DNA from: Prorocentrum cordatum | Lineage: Eukaryota | Length of the DNA stretch: 64,000 bases | NCBI GenBank assembly: GCA_963575745.1 | Contig: CAUYUJ010000215.1 | Location: forward strand, 1-64,000 | Direction of reading: 5' to 3' | Shown: positions 58,578 to 64,000 of the stretch, in pieces | How the letters are laid out: each line of letters begins with the position of its first letter | Position numbering within the stretch: the first letter of the stretch is position 1 | Made by a program: the position numbers and the translations under genes | The notes under the pieces: model-generated | The model's database searches: none | Told to the model about the DNA's origin: nothing | What the model saw: the letters and a program-made list of their open reading frames with translations, nothing else

Positions 58578-58760
58578 CGGTAGAGGGAAACAATTAGTGA
58601 GCCCCCCCCTGCCCCCCAAGCTCAAAGTTGGCACGCGGGGGGGAGGCTGCGGCCGAGGTGCAACTCATCAGACCCACCGCCAACTTTGAACACTGGGGGG
58701 AGGGGGAGGCGTTCACAGATGAATGTGGCATGAGTGTTCGCTAATCTTTTCCGAGGCCTG
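58578..58760 (-). repeat. Inverted copy of 52838-53023
   Basis: Reverse-complement alignment. Confidence 0.9.
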
Positions 58761-59576
58761 GATGTTGGACTTGGATGGTGGCCTCGGCCCGAGACAGGCG
58801 ACTGGCCTCGCCGTGTCGCTGCGCGGAGTTACGCTTGAGTCGGGCACGCCTCTCTACAGCAGGAACGTTCAAACGTAGTCAACGAATAGTCCGGAGACGA
58901 TTTTCCGATTATTTTGATTATTGTTTTGATGGCTTCTGGCTTCTACCTTCTAGCTTTCCTAGCTTCTAGGGGATTACCTTTACAAAATCCCCCTGGGGGA
59001 TTACCTTCTAGCTTTCCTAGCTTCTACCTTACCAGCTTCTGGCTGTTCCTAGCTTCTTCCATCAAAACAGTACTCCAAGAGATTACTCTTGGAGTACTGT
59101 TTTGATGGCTTCTAGCTTTTCCTGCAACATCCACCCTGGGGAGGCCGCGCCCGACCTCAAATTTGCGCGGAGCCGTGCGCTGGAGGCTGGTGAAGACGCG
59201 ATTCGAGCCCTTCGGCGATGCTGGCCTGCTCGGGGCGCAGCCGCGCGAGGCGCGTCGGCGCGGCGCCGAAGGAGGCTCCAGGCGCGGAGGCGTCGCGCCG
59301 GAGATCATTCAGGAGGGAAAGAAACACACAGACACAATTAATCGTCGACTCCCTAGAAAATATGGGAAAATATGGGAAGTGGCGGGGAAGACAAAAACCC
59401 AGAAAATATGGGAAAATATGGGAAATCTTTTTATTCGTGTGTATTTTTTTGTGTGTCCCTGGGCCCCTTCAATCATGGCCTCGGCCTTGGCCCCGCGTTG
59501 TTGACCAGGCTGCGTGTCAGACCTGCGGAGGGGGTGCGTTTGTTCAGCCTGTTCGAGAATCGTTGGCCCGAGGATG

Positions 59577-59913
59577 TCACCACCCACCAAGCCACCCCAG
59601 CCCAAACCGAATGCTCAGATTTACCCTCGATTTCTAGTGGGGGGGGGGGGTCCGGGAACATCGAGAAAACACATCTGGAACCCGTACACCGTAGGCGATG
59701 CTTAAGAAAACTTAAGTTTTCGGCCAGAGTCTCGATTATTCTTACTGTTTCAATTTAATTCCTAAGATTTTGATAGAAACGTTGGTTTTTATTCCAGATC
59801 TGAGACGATGAACTTCTTAACCCATGATTTCTTCAGCATTTCGCAGGGTGTACCCCCCCCCAACCCGAAATTCGGGTCTTCGGGTTGGGTTGGGGTGGTC
59901 TGGTAGGTAGTCA
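59577..59913. mobile_element. Second copy of the 167-bp MITE (5-bp TSD GGATG) with a nested insertion
   Basis: GGATG at 59572-59576 and 59914-59918; aligns to 48294-48460 apart from the insert. Confidence 0.88.
59687..59850. mobile_element. 164-bp Tc1/mariner-type MITE with TA TSD
   Basis: TA at 59685-59686 and 59851-59852. TIR CACCGTAGGCGATGCTTAAGAAA vs CACCCTGCGAAATGCTGAAGAAA. A single TA at the empty site 48400-48401. Confidence 0.82.
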
Positions 59914-62839
59914 GGATGAGGCGGGGCTGCGGGGGCTCCTTCAGAGCATCCGATGTCGCGGCCGTGTCGTCATGCAGCACGGGGGCGCTCGAGCGGCCGA
60001 TCGAGCAGTTCGTGCTCCGGGCGCGACAACACATCTTTCTCAATGAGTTTGTATCGTTATAAGTGCCCGAAGCTCCGTTTCGTTCCTCTGTTTCGGCGCA
60101 GCCGGCGTTAAGACTGTTAAAGCAGTTTCCGCCCAATCCGGCGTTAAAACTGTTAAATCAGTTTGCGCCCACTTCCGAATGCCACGGAGCCCCCCCCCCC
60201 CCAAAAAAAAAAAATCTTTCCCAGTCATGACGAATGACGGCGACAATTCGGCAAACGGCGGGCAGTACGAATCAGTAGGGTTGTTTCTATCGGGTGGCGT
60301 CGCCACCTGCTGTTCCACCGCCCCCAGCGCCTTGGACACCGAGAGCGGCGCCGATGCAATCTACTTCGACGATGCTACGCCAGCATCGGGCGCTTGCCAC
60401 TACCCTGGTGACGGCGATCGGGACTTCGCCATTTATTTAGCAGACGTTGAACGCAATTTGCGTGGAGATGTGCTTTGGCACGAGTACGTGATGTCGCAGA
60501 AGCGGCGGCGACAGTTCAGTGGCGAGTCTTCCAGATTCCACCGGCGCAATGCCCAGAAGGGATCCAAGTGCGGTGGACAGACTTTCGGTCGAGGCTTGTT
60601 GGGAAAAAAGTTCAATGTCGGACCGACGGCTCCACAACCCCCAGTCGGCGGTGTTGTTTCGAGCATTTTAGGGCCAGGGCCGTTCGTTGGAGCAGGCATA
60701 TCAGATGAGTGCCAAGTGCCGCTGTGGAAGAGGTGTTCGCCCGAAGGGCGCCATGGGCACTGTGATGTGTAGTCGCATTCGCAACACTGATCAACACTTC
60801 GCTCGCGAGCGCCTGCAGGGGAAAACCAAAGGTGGCGGCAACGAGAGCAGGGCTTCATGACCAGCGCAGCTGGCGTCTATAACAACGGCGGGGACTACGG
60901 CGCCGGTGCTGGGATGGGTTGCGGATGCACAGCCGGTGATGGAGCTGCCAGTGAGCACCTTCGGGAATCTTGCGTCGTGCTCGACTCGAGCCGCGCGCCC
61001 TGCGGGATCGCGACGGCAGTCACTATGAGGTTGAGGGCGACTTGGGCGGGGGAGATTACGGTGGGGATGCAGATAATTCAGCTCGCCTTCGACCCAGCGG
61101 AGGCAAGACAGGACGCGGCAAGAGGCAGTGGTCAGCGCGGCGGCCGTTTCGTCGTTCAGACAACGCAGCTGATCAGCATTGTTAGCAACGAGGAGTCGGA
61201 CGAGAGGAAGGTCAGCATCAGTGCAGAATCCGACGCGATTGTCGAGCGAGTTGCTGCTGCTCTTGTGCCTAGGGTGCTGGCGCCGCCGTCGCAATGCCAA
61301 CCTCAGCCCCCCCGCGGACGTGATCTTGCGCTGCCTCCTTCGCGTGGTGCTGATGCCATCGCGGCCGGGGTTGCTGCGTTGACCTCGCCTGGATTTTGTG
61401 GTGGACGTCAGGGGCAAGGCCTGGTCTTTCCAACGCATGGGCCAGGTCGGTCTCTCGCTCGACAGCGCATCGGCGCGCGGCGCTCGCGGGCTCGTCTTGC
61501 TGACGGTCGCGAGGCTTTGTTGGTAGCAAATAGTTTTAGCGCGTGCCAGCGGCGCGCGAGGACCGTGGCATGAAGATGGAGTTCAGGCGCGTGGATCGCC
61601 TCATTGGCGTGGGAGGTGTCGGCAGCGGGGCTTGCCCGCGCGTGGATCGCACCCAGCTCGAGCTGGCACTCTCAGGCGGCACCCCGGGTGCGTTCGACGC
61701 CTGCGTCGCGCCCAGCTCGTCTGTGCCAGCGTTGCTGGGCAACTTAGCATTGCGGCGCAGCAGGCGATCCTGGATTGCTTCGACGGCGCGCTCTATGTCA
61801 TCGGCCCTGGTGGTCATCAGTTGTGTCGTCACTGCACGCCGCTGGTGGCCGCGTTTGGCGATCGGCGCGCAGGTTCGGCGAGCGGCCGTCGGGGGTGCTC
61901 TGGGCTTCGCTCGCCGTGCTCCTCGCCCACCAGTCAGGGCGGCGGCGCGACCTCGGGCGCCGGGAGTTGGGCGCGGTGTCCGACTCTGGGTTGCGTGGCT
62001 GGTATCCAGCTGGCGTCCATCACCGCTGCTTCGACTTCCAGCGGCGCCGCGCCTGATGGCGTTCCACCTCGGAATCCCAGTCGGCCCGTTTCCCCAAACC
62101 GCGCGTGTATTTAGGAGTTCTTATTCAGTTTCTCGGGAACTGGGCCTGGCTGGCGGTCTGGCGGCTCCGCTCTCACCGTCGCCGCCCCGTCGCCGCCTCG
62201 TCGCGGCTCGTCATTTGGGCGTGGCCAGCGGTCTGGCGGGTCTGCGCTCGCCGTCGCCGCCCCGCCGCCGCCTGCCCTTATTGTTCTTATTGTTCTGCGC
62301 GGTCGCGGTTGGTCGCGCACGTCGCGGGTCATTTGGGGCGCGATGAATCGGAGGGAAACGGAACTCGGCGCCGCCAGGTGGCTGGAGGGAGCAGGTGGCG
62401 CGGGGGCCTTTGTTTCCCCCCTCCTCTCAACCTCCCGGTGCTGCCGCCCACGTTGTTCCCGTGTCAGCGCGCGCTGTTTCGGATTGCGAACGGCGGCGAT
62501 TTCAGCGCCGCGGATCGGCCGCGCTGGCCGCGACAAAAAACACGTTCTGGAGCCGCGATTGGCCAAGGCGGGGCAGCCTTTGACGTGCAGCTGCGAGCCC
62601 CGGGAAAAACGCGCACCCACGCATTGGCCCCCTCGTGTAAATAACACCTGGGTCGCATCCGGCCGGTTCAACCCGTTGAGTCTTCAACGGGACGGGGAAG
62701 GTTCAGCGAGGTTTCGAGGTGCAACGTCTGATCATTGTTGGCATCGCCACTGGCGTTTGCCCGTCGTGACCCCGCCACAAAGCCAGCCGATGGCCGCTCA
62801 ATCTGGGCCGCCCCGCCCAACTGGTTAGAGTCAATAGGA

Positions 62840-63926
62840 AGAGGCGAGGAGGAGGAGGAGGAGGAGGAGGAGGAGGAAAGGAGGAGGAGGAGGAAAGGAG
62901 GAGGAGGAGGGAGGAGGAGGAGGAGGAAAGGAGGAGGAGGAGGAGGAGGAGGGGGAGGAGGAAGAGGACGAGGAGGAGGACGAGGAGGACGAGGGGGACG
63001 AGGAGGACGAGGAGGACGAGGAGGACGAGGAGGACGAGGAGGACGAGGAGGACGAGGAGAAGGAGGAGGATGAGGAGGACGAGGAGGAGGAGGAGGAGCA
63101 GGAGGAGGAGGAATATCAATAATAATAAGACTAATAAGAATAATACTAACAATAGAAAGAAGACGAATAAGACTACTAATAATAATAACACTAATATTAC
63201 GAGGAGTAATAATGATAATCGTAAGAAGAATACTAATATGCAAACACATCATACTACTGCTAGTAATAAGAAACACAAGAATACTACGAATCATAATAAC
63301 AATAATACTACGAATGCTACTAATAACAAGAGTAAGAATACGAATGCGAATCATAATAACACTAAGCATACTAATACTACGAATACTAAGAATAGTAAGA
63401 CTAATACTGATAATATTAATAATATGAAGAATAATAACAAGACGACTAATAATATACTGCGGAATAATACAACTAAGAATGCACATATTATCCATGATAA
63501 TAATAAGAGTGATAATATTCATAATGCTAAGAAGACGGCCAATAATACTAATAACATTACGATTAATATTTACATTCAGAAGGATAATAATAGTAATACT
63601 AAGAATGATCCTACGAAGAATAATATTACTACTATTACTGATACTATTAAGAATACTAATGATATCAGTAATACTACTACTACGGTTATCATTTCTGATA
63701 TTACTAATATTACTAATACTATTAAAAATACTAATAATGCTGATACTACAAGCACTACTAATACTGCTAGTACTACTATTACTAATATTATTACTAATAA
63801 TAATAAGAAGAATACGAAGGCTAAGAATAATAAGAATAATAATACGAAAAAGAAGAATACGAATAAGAAAACTAAACATAATAATAATAACAACAATACT
63901 AACAATACTAAGAAAAATAACAATAC

Positions 63927-63966
<40 letters not shown>

Positions 63967-64000
63967 AATAAAGATAGGAGGGGGAGGACGAGGAGGAGGA
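62840..64000. repeat. (GGA/GGACGA)n followed by degenerate (AAT/TAC)n and (GAT)n microsatellite
   Basis: Direct reading. Confidence 0.92.

Overview
Eukaryotic, GC-rich, repeat-saturated DNA with no recognisable host gene. It is most likely a dinoflagellate (inference from GC/GA-donor introns with AG|G junctions, long degenerate GAT/GAG/TAC microsatellites and a DNMT-bearing YR retroelement). It holds four autonomous-type transposons. (1) 17619-26396: an 8.8-kb tyrosine-recombinase (DIRS/Ngaro-type, split-direct-repeat) retroelement whose gag, pol and YR genes are broken by at least 23 short (44-79 bp) spliceosomal-type introns. Removing them joins the ORF fragments and rebuilds the RT, RNase H and YR motifs, including the catalytic Tyr. 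This is the main candidate novelty. (2) 33906-40303: a young, intronless 6.4-kb element of the same architecture. It has a small membrane-protein ORF, gag, and an RT-RNaseH-C5-methyltransferase polyprotein with the YR gene nested entirely inside it in the +1 frame. (3) 12624-17447: a decayed TIR DNA transposon with an 8-bp TSD. (4) 48181-49845: a 5'-truncated LINE whose RNase H motifs are in circularly permuted order. The remainder is MITEs (one nested, with an empty-site control in the window), minisatellites and microsatellites. All calls are by eye; no database searches were run.
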